64,000 bases of DNA from Chrysomallon squamiferum. Its lineage: Eukaryota; Animalia; Mollusca. Positions 42,405 to 57,273 of this stretch are shown piece by piece. The stretch's first letter is position 1. Every line of letters begins with the position of its first letter. The stretch lies in contig CM022672.1 of assembly GCA_012295275.1 (NCBI GenBank), positions 18,166,001 through 18,230,000 on the forward strand, in the 5' to 3' direction. The notes under the pieces are model-generated. The model saw only the letters and a list, made by a program, of their open reading frames with translations, ran no database searches and had not been told where the DNA came from. Both the position numbers and the translations under genes were made by a program.

Positions 42405-42449
<45 letters not shown>

Positions 42450-42481
42450 ATGTTTAACGTGTTTATTTCTATGTGTGTGAG

Positions 42482-42513
<32 letters not shown>

Positions 42514-42578
42514 TGTAAATGGGTCAGGCAAAACATTATTACTTTTTATTAATGTTATTTTTGTTACTATTTGCATTG

Positions 42579-42613
<35 letters not shown>

Positions 42614-43988
42614 AACTGGGAGAAAGAAATACGTCAAGTGCACCTTGAATTTAATTTAACTTTTTATTTCACTAAAAAGAAGAAGAAAAAAAATTAATTT
42701 GTCTAAAAAGACATATCATAAAATCCAGACTTTAAATAATAAATAAATAAAAAATAAAAAAATTTGTAAAAATAAAAATAAAAATAATTTAAACTACTTA
42801 AGAAGACTCAAATAAATTACGAACGAAACCAATTACAAACTGACACCCAGACGGACAGTTCAAAAAATTTCACTTTGATTATCGACAAAAATAACCTCAC
42901 TGCTTTTCTTTTCATCAACATAATTTGTAATAAAAAGAACGACTGAAAAAGGACTCAAGGAATACGTTTTTACAACAAACAAAAAATATCATAAGAAAAA
43001 AACCCCAAAACCCCAACAGATTGATGAAACTTCAATGACACCTAAATTACGCGGTTTTGAAGCACACATGAAAGGACTTTCACCGGAAATACATCTGCTC
43101 GGAGGACAGCGAAGTCCCGCAGCGAATGGATATATAAAACTATTTTATCATCGGATTTATCTTCCTTGTCTGCCAGCACTCACACAAAATGTCATACGAA
43201 CGGTTTTTTTTTTTTCTTTCTTTCCTTCCGCCATTAATAAAAATAGCCCAGCAGTTTTGCAGGTAATGTTGTGTATGATTGTATCCAATAGGAAACCAGT
43301 TATAAATATCGTCAAATCAAAACCGTCATGTGTTGTGAAACTTCATTTCTTCTGACAGAAGAGTTATCTCAGGGAAGATAACGTGGTTGTTGTTGTGTTT
43401 TTTTTTCTATATATATATTCTTTTTTATGGCTGACATGATGTCAGTCTTTCACCATTGAGCAAATGTTTATTTTTTTATTTTATTTATTTGTTTTTTTTT
43501 TCAGCCGGACTTAAATAAAATGCAACAATAGTAAATGTGTGTACAAATCGAAATTATTCATCTTGTAAAAATAATCGTTTATAAAAATCGGGTTATGCTA
43601 TTTTAATCTTATTGTCTTGGAAACGATATCTTATTGTGAAACCAAATGCGCTCGATTTGAGTAACTTGTATTCCTAGAATTAATAAGATAGATAAAAGCA
43701 AACAAGACTAATAAATGAATGAATGAACAAATAAATAAATAAAATAATAATTAAAAAATATTAAAGAATACAATGCTGCAAAATAAAATATATTTAGCTT
43801 AGTAATTAAGATTTTTGTGCAACAGGTTCTCATTTTGTTCATTTATTTATTTATTTAGATTTTATTAGAAATACCCTGGAGAAAAATCAAAAGTAATTTA
43901 AGAACATCAGCAGCAGGAGTAGCCAACAACAACAACAACAACAACAATAACAATATATCATAGTAATGATGACGATAATATTTCCATC

Positions 43989-44024
<36 letters not shown>

Positions 44025-44216
44025 AAAATGAAAAATAGAGGAAAGCAAACAAAGAGGAAGAAAAAGTGAACCGGATGTTTGAAGTGATAAGGATTAAATA
44101 AACACGTGACAGAACAGTATGTTATTTATGACACGCGACTTTAAGAGTTTCGAAATGTGACGTTTAAATGAAATAAACTCCGGCAGCGGTAACAGGAAGT
44201 GCCCTAAAGACGACAG

Positions 44217-44250
<34 letters not shown>

Positions 44251-47200
44251 AGGTATCGTCAGCGTCGTTAATTCATGACATCACGTGACTTCACTTCCGT
44301 TTCCAATAATCACGAGCATCTTGACGAAATCAACGTCAGTTGCGACGCTGTTTAACTGTAATGACGACTAGACCCGGGGTTGTTGAGTACAGGGTTCGCG
44401 TCCCTGTACCTCGCTCGAGCAGAGAGAGATGCACGTGCAGTAAAGTGCTTCCGAACACGTGCGCATAATATTATACGTTTGGTTTCGTGTATCTCCGTTA
44501 GTCGATTAATTACGTACAAAGTGTAGAAGCTAATTGCTTGCTCCGCGAGCCTGTGTGTGTGTGTGTTTATATGTGAGAGAGTGTACAGTACATTACTGAT
44601 GTTATATCTAAGAGCTCACTTTTATTTATTTACGAGTCTGTTTGTTGAAATGTGATTCTGAATGATATTTATGTTATTTTGAATATAAATAATAATAACA
44701 ATAATAATAATAATAATCATAATATTGATGATGATGACGATGATAGAAGAAGAACAACAATAACATCATCAACAGCAACAACGTAAGGCTAATAATAATT
44801 TTTAAAAAGACAACCAATAACAAGATCAACAATAACAACAACGACAGGAGCAGCAATAGCAAATGTTCCATATCTATTATCAGACCATTTTTTTTGAAGA
44901 CACTGTTAATATTTAAGTAAGAAAAATGGACATACCTTTCAAATTTTACACAGAAAACACATTGCCCAAGTATTATCAATTATGAAAGAGAGACGGTAAA
45001 TGACGTCATAAAGCAATGACGTTTAAAATAATTCAGCGATAAATGAGCGTTGCCAAATACTACTATCACTACCACTACTAGTATTACTACTACTACTACT
45101 ACTACAGCCACCGCTAATACTGTACTACTATTACAAATACTATTGCTGTTGTTGCTGCCACTACAGTTATTAGTAGTAATCTTCTGTTACTACTATTACT
45201 ACTACTACTACTACTAATAATAATATCAGTAATAATAATAATACCATCATCATCATCTTCTTCATCATCATTATCGTCACCGCTGCCTCGATATACGAAC
45301 AAATGCATTCACAACTGCAGTTAAAAATTAATGATCGTAGCGTGCACGTCATTTAACCTTTGAACTATCATATCTTATCTCTACGGCCTTGGTTCATCAT
45401 CCAATCAGAGATGTTGTGACTGCTGATTTGAAATGACAACTTAGAAACAGAGCTTGTCACACTTAATTACACCTCATAGCTCTGTGGCGAGTTTTGAAAT
45501 CTTACTTTAAAACGAAGTTTTAATGTAAAAAGAATTACACACAGTCTTTATTATTATTAGTAGGAGTATTATTAATATTATTATTTATGCTCTATCGCTT
45601 GAGCAAATGCTACTATATAAGTGATATTATTATTTTATTCAAAAACCCTAAAATGGATGATTCTATGATAGATACAAGTCTCTCTTCATATATAATTACA
45701 TATATATATATATATATCGATGTGGGTGTATGCGCGTTTATACAATAATTTTATTGTATTATCCAGTTAAAGTAAATATAAATATTCTTATGAAGTAAAA
45801 ATGTTTAACAAGGATTCGAACAAACTAAATGATAAATAAATAAATGAAGGGAATAAGAAAAGAAAAAACACACAAAAACGAATGAGCGAATTCAGTTATA
45901 AATGAATACAAAAATAAAAGCTATAATGAAGAAGTATTAAATGAAAAATAAACAATTCATTGAAAGTGAGAAAGAAAGAGCAAGAACAAAGAAGTAAATG
46001 TTTGTCAGAATAATCTAAAACTGCGGTTTGTTGTTTAGCAAAAATTCAAATTTTAAATTTTCAGCTCGATTAAAATAACTAATATTTCTGGTGGAAATAC
46101 AGTTTTGTTTAATGAAAAATAAATTTTATCGAATTTTGATTAATGTATTTTTTTCGTTCTTTTATTTAACTTTATTTATTTGTTTACTTATTTACTTACA
46201 TGTATTTATTTATTTATAAGTTAACATTATTATTATTGTTGTTGTTGTTGTTGTTTTTGTTGTTGTTAATGATTATAGTGATTATGGTGTAGCAGGTTAT
46301 ATTGTTTTTAATTTGCCTGCAAATAATTATTTGTATATATATACTCATAGATAATTCTGAAAATATTTGCTGTTGATCAAAACCTGTGCCTGAATGAACG
46401 TTTGTGTATGTAAATATAAATATGTATGTATGTAAAAATGTCAATAGGCTAACGCAATATAGTGTATGAAAATAATACTACTAATAAGTAGCAATGAATT
46501 ATAAAGCGTAAAATGATATGTTACATGGAGTAATTAAATATATATATATATATATAATTTATAGAGAACTTTACATAATAAATAGATACGAACAAATAAA
46601 TAATATATCGTATTTAGAACATCTCTATATAATTTTCAGAAACGGTATTTTGATATCTTCTATAGAAAATTAAAAGCAACTACGCAGTAAAACTATATCT
46701 GATGCATTTTGAAATATTTATTACCTTTGGCTTTTTAAGAATAAAATACTTGATATGAAAAATCTTTTAAAATGGATAAATGTACATACATATGTTAAAC
46801 AAATATAAAAATAAACAATAACAACAACAATAATAATCTTAAATTCAGTTTTAACATACGCCTTAATAATCTGAATTGAAAATATTGATGCTAATATAAT
46901 TAGGTTAATAAAGTTCATTTATTTATTTATTTATTTACTTACTTACTTATTTACTGAATTAATTATTTCCTGCTAATTTTTCTGTTTAAAAACAATAAAT
47001 AAAATTAAATAAAAAAAAAAGGATAAATAATTTTTTTAAATGAGATACATCCAGTTACTGTTTACTTTCTACAGAACTTTTATTTATCGAAGTCCGAAGT
47101 TTTTACCAAAGTGTCATTATCTTACAGACTTTGAAAAATAATGAAAGTATAAAATAAAAACTCACTAAAAAGAATGAAAGCTAGGCCTAAACGTTAAAGG

Positions 47201-47482
47201 AGAAACTAGGAATAAGAAAAACAACAAAGTAAATAACAGTTAAAGTAATGAAATTAAAAGAAATGGAACAAATTAAAGAATTTACCAAAAAAGAAATAAT
47301 CAAAAGAAGAAGACGATATATATGTTTATATAAATAAATTAGTATTTTAGTGAGTAAGTAAGTAAATAAAGTAAAATAACAGCAAGGAGAAATGTAGATA
47401 AATAGAGCAAAATTAATGTCAGCTCATTTTTTGATCATAAATACAAAAAAAAATAGATAAAATTAAATTAAATTAAATTAAA

Positions 47483-47530
<48 letters not shown>

Positions 47531-47539
47531 AATAAATAA

Positions 47540-47625
<86 letters not shown>

Positions 47626-47748
47626 AATAAAATAAAATTAAATAAAATTAAATAAAATAAAATAACATATTATAAAATAAAATAAAATAAAAAAATAAAA
47701 AGTATAACAAAACACAATAAAATAAAAACACAAACCAAAACCCCAAAA

Positions 47749-47829
<81 letters not shown>

Positions 47830-48474
47830 CACACACCCTAGAAACAGACGCATCAAAGGACTGCCTTTAGACACTAACAAATCGCGACGTATCTTTCTCT
47901 GCACATTGGATTACAAGGAAAGTTCCGCTCGTTAAATTGGACGCGACAACGCTACGACTGTGCGTAAAGGCAGCGGAGCTGGGCGGAGGTTTCCGATAAC
48001 TAAAACGAAAGTAACACTAATTGAGAAGGCGAGACGAAGACGTTGGTGCACGGCGCACACGTCTTACAGCGGTCCCACGCGCGTCACTCAGACATTCTGA
48101 GACGTAGATAAATATAAGTAATGTATGTGATTCGTTTTGTCATCTGTGTGCGCGCTTTTATTTGTTGTTTTTTTACGTAATACGTGTGTGTGTGTGTTTT
48201 TTTTTTTGTAAGTATGTATTAATGGTTGTATAGAATAATATTATATGCGTGTGAACGTGTGGAAATGTGTGAGTTTGTGTGTGTGTGTGTGTGTTTGTGT
48301 GTGTTTGTGTGTGTTTAGCTATATGGGTAGATATTTGTTTTTGTATGAATATATGCTCAGAGATGTATGTATATATGTATGTATGTATGTATATATATAT
48401 ATATAGAGAGAGAGAGATAAAAGTGTATACATACTAATACATACATACAATATATAAGTATGCAAACTTGCGTG

Positions 48475-48505
<31 letters not shown>

Positions 48506-48531
48506 ACTATGTATCTATCTATCTATCTATC

Positions 48532-48565
<34 letters not shown>

Positions 48566-48590
48566 ATATATAAGTATGTAAACGTGTGTG

Positions 48591-48623
<33 letters not shown>

Positions 48624-49674
48624 GTATATATATATGTGTGTGTGCGTACTTGCATCAATGTGATATACGAATTCTGTATAGTATGCTAGCAGGCGCAGTA
48701 TTTAGTTATGTACCTGCAAATGTGTGCGAATGTCTGTTATGTGAGAGTATGCGCGTACAAAGTATCTATTTCTGTATCTGAGTAGATGTGCGTAAGAACA
48801 GAACACCAAAAATAACACATATGGAACACTCAAGTATTGTAAAGAATCGAGACACTTTGATATCTCAGTTCAAAGATATCGCGTTACAGGTTCACGTTTC
48901 AGCCTTATTTCAGAAACGTTCCCCAATAACTGACAGTCTGCCGTCATGTTAATAATTTTTCACTGTTAAATAACAGGTTTTTATTTACGCTAAAACACAT
49001 GTTAATTTACTTGAAACAGACACGTATAAACCATAACTGTAAATATCCTGAACCGGTCCGAGTTAATTTCGCAGAGTCGAGCAGATAAATTAGACACGAT
49101 GGTCAGTTTCAATTATCGTAATGGTGCTTATGAAAATATTAACTTGGCTTAAGACAATGCAACGCGAAAAGAAAGCAGAGATATGAGAGACACGGAGGTC
49201 AGTTTGAATGTCGCCTACGAAATCTCGCGACAGAGCGGGGTTTTTTTTTTTTTTTTTTTTTTATACGTTTAATTGTCAAGAAGAACCTGTAAATATCACC
49301 TAGGCGCGTTTACAAATTTAATTGTTGTTCGTATCTTTTTCTTCTTTTCTTTTTTTTTTTTTTTTTTAAATTAAAATAACATGCAAATCTGAATGTTGCA
49401 GTGAAACGTTATACAAAATATTACACAAATGTTCCAGTGTGCAGGATTCAGTAATTTCTTAAATTAAATTGATACGTGGAAAAATAAACAATAAAAATTG
49501 CATATTCTTATGGAAATAATTGTGTACGTCGGCTGTTAGATATTCCAGCTATTTTAAGTATCACATAAAAGGAATTTCATTATTGTAGCTAGGGACACAA
49601 TAACATATACAGATGTTGTAGAACTATACATAGGAATATCGCATTTAATTATTAAATTATATTTACGTTATCGT

Positions 49675-50260
49675 ACAAACTTATCAAAATAGCATGTACA
49701 AATACTGTATTAACTTATTATATAGCATGTACAAATACTGTATTAACTTATTAAACAGCATGTACAAATACTGTATTAACTTATTAAATAGCATGTACAA
49801 ATACTGTATTAACTTATTAAATAACATGTACACCTATTGTATTAAATTATTAAATAGCATACAACTACTGTAGCAACTTATTAAATAGAATGTACAAATA
49901 TTGTATTAACTTATTAAATAACATGTACGAATATTGTATCAACTTATTAAATGACATGCAGATATTTTAGCAACTTATTAAATAACATGTGCAAATATTG
50001 TATTAACTTATTAAATAGCATGTGTACCTATTGTATTAAATTATTAAATAGCATACAACTACTGTAGCAACTTATTAAATAGAATGTACGAATACTGTAT
50101 TAACTTATTAAATGACATGGACAAATACTGTATTAACTTATTAAATAGCATACAAATATTCTAACAACTTACTAAACAACACATTCGCTTCTATTATAAC
50201 TTACTAAATAGCATAGATCTATGATATTAACCAATTAAATAATATACAAATGCTGTAGCA
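49675..50260. repeat. 33-bp minisatellite (aacttattaaatagcatgtacaaatactgtatt), ~17 copies
   Basis: Tandem units, including 31-bp variants and a repeated multi-unit block. Confidence 0.95.
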
Positions 50261-50689
50261 AGATTTTTGAATAACGTAGGAATTTTACTTTTTCAGTAAT
50301 TTATTAAATTATAATTCTATACAAATCTCATTACTACTGCAATATATTAAACACTGCCTACACTTTTCAGTAATTTAATTTACTTCATTTATAACTGAGT
50401 CCAATTCTACTTTAAAATTATCAAGCATTTTTATAAACGACGAAGTAATAAAAATGTAAGATATATTACAATATTATAAATAATAATGGTAGTAAAATAT
50501 ACAAATATTTTTCGTGTACTTTAATATATTTGTTTGTACAGAGTCGCTTTAATATTTTATTTATTTGGCCAATTTTGATTAAAAATAATTGTTTAGTTCA
50601 TTTATTTATTTGCTTTTCTCTTAGTTTATTCATTCGTTCATTCACGTTATCCTTATTATTATTATTATTATTATTAATATTAATATTAA

Positions 50690-50745
<56 letters not shown>

Positions 50746-52950
50746 TCATCTTTATTAATTTTGCTTTACAATAATTAGATGAAAAATACCTCTAGATAAA
50801 TTTTTATATATTTTAGCAAAAAACATTGTAATTTTTAGAACATTCCACTGACATACTCATTTTTCTTTCTTTTTTTTTTTTTTTTTTTTTTTTTTGTGTG
50901 TGAATAATTTTACAAAACAAAACACGCAGATAAATATTTAATACATTATTTCATATTAAAATACAATATCACACACACAGCCAAAAATAAAAGTTCAGCG
51001 GACGAACTCTCAACATATGAACCATGAACGCACTTTGATTTACGTTTCAAACGAAGTGCCGGAATACATTTCACGTTTCTGTTACACAGGAAAGATAACC
51101 TTGCACAGAGCTCTATTTCAGAAAATTCAGCCATTCACTTTAAGAAATCGTTTCACCAACCCCCCCCCCTCCTCCCGAAAAACGTTGTCGGATCCCCACA
51201 AAACTAATGAACGAGTATAAATCCGGATAAGATAACAGCCGATAAATCTCGCCAGGTCTCGCGTGGATAATTAATTTGAAAACTACACTGGTGTTGTTAA
51301 GAGATGCGCTGTTAACTAAAAAGGATAAACGTTTTTATCGTGGCATAAATGCTACTGAGTACCGGTCCCACTGGGGCAATAGCTTCGTGCTGATGTCGAG
51401 AAGATGAGGAAACGAGTGTCGCTGAGGACGTACCCGTCTATCCCCCACAGACACATTTCGTACCTCGGATGCAGGTTAACAAATGCAGGAATTCGTTTGT
51501 TCCGCGCTAACGAAAGCTCCAGACTGTCATCATCTGTTGCTTAATTTCAAGTTATATAGTTACTCCACTCGACATAAACTTTGGCTCTGTTCTTACGCGG
51601 CATTGGAATTTTTGAATGCTCCACTGAATATATATAAATATATGTATATGTTAGATCGTTTAAATTATTTTAAAATGCTTGTAAATGAGAGAAATATTTT
51701 CTAAACATTCTCTCTTTTTTTTTAATGTATGAATATTGCCTCGATCTGCATTTTTATTTTTTATTATAATAATATTTATTTATTTATTTATTTATTTATT
51801 TATTTGTTGTGGGTGTTAAAGTTAGCACTCAAGTACCCAGTGGTTATGTTACTTAAAACTAAAGAAATAAAATAATTTTAGATAAAATTAACTTTCCTTT
51901 TTGAACGAAACATGATAAATCCATCCATCCATCCATCCATATATACAAACATAAATACATATATGTATACAAATGTACTCGCGACTAAGTGTTTTTTGTA
52001 CGTATATATTACATTTTTATTTATTGCTTTTGTAAATAATAAAACTGTACTCAGAATAATATTTCGTTTAAATCCGAAAATGCTGCAGTTAAAAATATAA
52101 TAATTTTAAATTTAAAAAATACGTATACAATAAACTTTTTTTTTTTAAACTGCAGTTTCCTTCACTGTATCTACAAACTACAATTAGCTAAAATAATTTC
52201 ATTTTAAAATCTAAAATTTATTATCATAAATAAAAACTGTCTTGAAACTGACAACGACTCTTAATGTTCTACGAAATAAAATTTTAACTAATAAAACAAA
52301 AATTTACACTAAAAAAAACCCCTCAATTCTTTCAGTGTCTTGCAAATCTGATTCGTGCAAACAACAACTCAATATCTACAAACTACAGTTCTTGCAATGA
52401 ACAAACGTCAGCAATGTAGAAGATTGTTATTATTATTATTCTTTTCTCTTTTATTTTTTTGTATTTTTTTTGCAAACAGCAATTCCTGCAATCACCAACG
52501 TCTGTTCCAGTCACATCTACGCAAGGAAACACTTGTCAACCAGCTTTCTGTCAGTCGCATTTCTTGTGCATAACACGCATAACGGATTTCAAAACAAGTG
52601 CGTGCGCTTTCAGCCGTACTCTGCACGTGCTTATTCTGACATATTTATGTTCTTCTGATTTTCTGAACTGCATGCAGAAACGGTACTAAAAATCCTTTTA
52701 AAATTTTTGAGTCTTCAAAAATGTTCGAAAACGTTCATCGTTATTTGTTGGCTGTATAGTTGTTGTTTTTTTCAATTATAGTTTCTTTGGTGTCTTGTTT
52801 TTGTTTATAATATAGTATGTGTCTATATGTGCATGTGTGCGTGGGTGTGTGTGCGTGTCAAAGTGGTATGTAAAGAGTACATCTATTTAAATATTGTTTG
52901 TTGTAGGTATTATATCTGTTTTAGAATGTTCTTGCTCATGTTCAAGCTTT

Positions 52951-52981
<31 letters not shown>

Positions 52982-53025
52982 CTTAAAATCAACAACTAAC
53001 ATTCATTTTAGTTGATCTATAAATG

Positions 53026-53105
<80 letters not shown>

Positions 53106-53265
53106 AAAGTACAAACATATATAATTATATAATTATCTGTATTTAACGTGTGTTTTTTGTTGTTTTGTGTGTTATTTATCGGGCATTATCAATGTATGTA
53201 TCTGGATGCATTTAGGTACAGGTATACGATTATAATATACATAATATATTCGATTTAATATCTAC

Positions 53266-53296
<31 letters not shown>

Positions 53297-53898
53297 CATA
53301 TACACAAACATACACACCTCCACATCCATCCATACACAAATACACACACACAAACACTTATTTTTTCCTATACATTATTATTATTATTATTATTTGAAAT
53401 GTATATAGGAATACACATCACTCTACTTAATCGTTGTTTTTTTTTTTGAACACACTGCACACGTAATAGGTTGAGACAGATAATATCTTAATAAAATACG
53501 CAACACAGTAAACGGCTAGACTTAACAGATGTGCCAATAATACACACCAGTTTAAAAACTCCAGACACGAAATACGACAAAACAAAAAAAAACAACGTTA
53601 CAGATGCCACGGCTGAAATGGATACGTAAATATACATGTGAAATGTAAGGAGAAACAGGCAGTTTTCAAAAAAAAAAAAAAAAATAATAATAATAATAAC
53701 GTAATAACATACATTGGTAGGGAGGCGGGGAAAATGGGTTTTTTGAGTGTGTGTTAAATACAAGTTAAATATGTAGTAGATAAATTGAGAAAAAATATTT
53801 AATAGTAGTAGTTTAGTGGTAGCGATAGTGTAAGTAATAATATTGATGATGATGATGATGATGGTGATGATGATAATTTTAATAATAATAATAATGAA

Positions 53899-53974
<76 letters not shown>

Positions 53975-54171
53975 TAAAAACATATTTTCAGTGATAAAAT
54001 GTTTGAATTTCTCATTTCATCCCCAAAAACCCAGCAAAAGAACAAAACAAAACAAAACTAAAAAAAAAAAAAAAACAATCAGGAAATTAATTTCACAACA
54101 AATTATAATAATTGCTTTGGTTTTTATTTTGATGTCATTTACTTTTTCAATTCCCTACTATTGAGTTATTT

Positions 54172-54203
<32 letters not shown>

Positions 54204-54512
54204 TTTTTTTAAAAAAATCTGCAAAGTGTTGATATAAAGAGTAATGAAATATATACCAAAACAAATACAATAAAAGGTAAACAGAATGTCGTAAACCGTA
54301 AAATGAAATAATTATGTATGCTAAGTGTTATAACATGTCTGGGAAATAACCAAAAAATTCAAATGGCAAAGCATATAAAAAAGATATATACAGTTTAAAA
54401 GGAAAACGTAGAAAAAAATGTGTATTTTAAACTGCAAAATATGCAGAACAAAAAATTATTCTAAGTTGCAAAGAAAATGGAATAACTTGTATTTTAAATG
54501 GCCAAAAAATAA

Positions 54513-54543
<31 letters not shown>

Positions 54544-54581
54544 AAATATAAATAAATAAAATATAAAAAAATATAAAATAA

Positions 54582-54616
<35 letters not shown>

Positions 54617-55387
54617 ATGTATTTAAAATGGGAAAGATGAAAAACAAAATAAATGAAGTTTTAAATAACAAGGCATATGGCAATATTGATATTTTAAAAT
54701 GGAATGGCAAAACATGTAGAAAAAGGAAGTTTATGATTGAATAAAAACATACTGTACTAAATAATAATGTGTCACAAAATAATTACGTTTGTTACAAAAT
54801 AAAAATATATATTTATAAAACGCAGTGTATGTTTAAAAGTATTTGTTGAATAGCTAAGCAAGCACACTGTTGCAACTAGCTATATAACAATTTGTGTTTA
54901 ATGACGGTTATTTATAATAATAATTCTACCTTTCAAAAACAGTTATAATTATAATAATCATAATTTTGGCTTTTAAAAACAATTACTTATAACAATAATT
55001 TTTCACCTTTTCAATGCGATAATAACTGTACCGTTCAAAATTCCATCATAAAATGATCGTTTTAAAAATCGTCACCGGGTTTCGTTTTGGCTTTTAAAAA
55101 CCCGTTACGTGAATCGAGATTTGAATTGAAAAACACGAGCGGACTCGATGCGCGCAAATCGTTTGTAGATTAGCGTCTATTCTCGCCATACGTCGCGGTT
55201 CTGTGTACACCAGATGTCAATATCGTCAAAGTAATGGAGTTTACCATGAAAATAAACATGTAATGTTATCCCAATAATCGTAGCCACATGTACGAGTTGA
55301 AAGCGACGTTCAACGCTTTTTTTTTTTTTTTTTTTACGTCTACCGGCCTAATAGCTAATATATAGCGTAATATATATATATATAGCG

Positions 55388-55438
<51 letters not shown>

Positions 55439-55704
55439 TTTTACACTTAACTTAAAAACAAGACTTTCAGGTTTTAGGCTAATAAATTAAGCTTTCACCC
55501 GAATCTATACAAATTTGATGTAATAATAATAATAATAATAACAGGATAATAATAATAATAAGAAGAAGACGAAGAAGAAGAATGGTGATAATAAATTTGT
55601 TATTTATTATATAATTATTTAATCTAATTATTTCCGATTTCGAAATGGAAATAACTTTCTAATGAATAGTTTTAAATAAATGTATCTTTGGTGATATAAT
55701 AATG

Positions 55705-55759
<55 letters not shown>

Positions 55760-55771
55760 TAATAATAATAA

Positions 55772-55813
<42 letters not shown>

Positions 55814-56987
55814 TAATAATAAAAGTAAAACTAAAATGCTAAAACAAATAAAACAAAATAAATAAATAAATAAATAAAATGAATACATTTAAATTTTGTC
55901 CAACTTTTGAATTATACATGACGAAGCGAATTTAAAACTTGGTTTTATAATTTAAAATTTAAATGCCTGACTTAACTACGTAATCTTTATATAGAATATT
56001 GTACACACATATATATATCGTCTAGTTCCTAAGTAAACTGTTAAACGAGATTCTGACATTTCTTTTCGCGAATGAAGTTGTTTACATTTCCTGACAGCAT
56101 TTCTAAATGGAATAGAACGAAATAAACTTCTAAGTTTAAAGTTTAAAATAAAATAGGAGATTATCTATATAGTATTAATCTTTTGTTTTATTAAAAATGC
56201 GAAGAAAACATGGATTAATATCAAATACGATCGTGACATTTATTTAATCAATTTTTCATTTTATTATACTTTTAGTTTATTTACTTTATACACAGAAAAA
56301 GCAAAAAGTAAAGAAAAACCTAACTATTACCCCCAAAAATTCAATAAATGAAAAATAAAAGAGTAAAAACAACAACTAAGTTCAAAATCACTGAAATAAA
56401 GGAACAGCGAGAGAGAGAGAGGGAATTAAAAAAAAAGAAAAAGAAAAAGAAATATACAATTAATAATGGAATGAAATCTAAACCTGTACAGCTAATATGA
56501 TAATTAAATTTACACGCAATTAGATGAATTAGTGTAAATATCTAACAGTAGAGAATCATTATCGAATGTGACAGCCTCTTGTCTACAACAAATTGAAAAT
56601 TAACAACACGTAAATAGATAAATAAATGAATGAATAAATAAATAAATGCGTACACAAAAAGACAGATATTTCATTAAATATATAAACGCACGAATATAAA
56701 TAAATGTTTATATAATTATATTACTAAGTAATAAACAGTCTGATAACTATATTAGAATAAAACAATTAAGAAAATATATAAGAAAATAAATAAATATATA
56801 AATAAATAAACAAATAAATAAACAAATAAATAAATAATAAACTACATATCAAAAATGTTTTTTAAAAAAAGGAAAAGAATAAAAAAAGACAAAAGTAAAA
56901 GGAAAAACAACAACAAACAAACAGAAAAACAAACAAACAAACGCAAAACATAACACGTGATAAACACACGTAACTAAGATTACTCAC

Positions 56988-57273
56988 TGTTACTGTTGTC
57001 GTGTCGGTCATGGGCGTGTTCCTCCGTCTCGCTGGCTCGCGGGTGGCTCGGGGTGGCTATGAGGGGCGGGGAGCACGTCTGGGGGGACTGCAGCACGTGC
57101 TGTCTGGGGTCTGTGTTGGCGAACATGGCGCAGTTCTCGCTCGGTATCTCTTCCAGGTCTAGCAGGTGACTGACGGAGAAATTAGCTTTGTTATTGAGCG
57201 CATTCTGATACTGATGCAGTTTGTCGAAATTGGTCCCAAACGGGTGCTCGGCTGTAATCCCATAACTACTCAT
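56988..57273 (-). CDS. Prrx: Prrx exon 1 (N-terminus with eh1/octapeptide-like motif)
   Basis: MSSYG...KANFSVSHLLDLEE matches the vertebrate PRRX1 N-terminus (MTSSYG...KKNFSVSHLLDLEE). Donor A|GTGAGT is phase 1, compatible with exon 2. Total CDS is 798 nt (265 aa). Confidence 0.95.
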
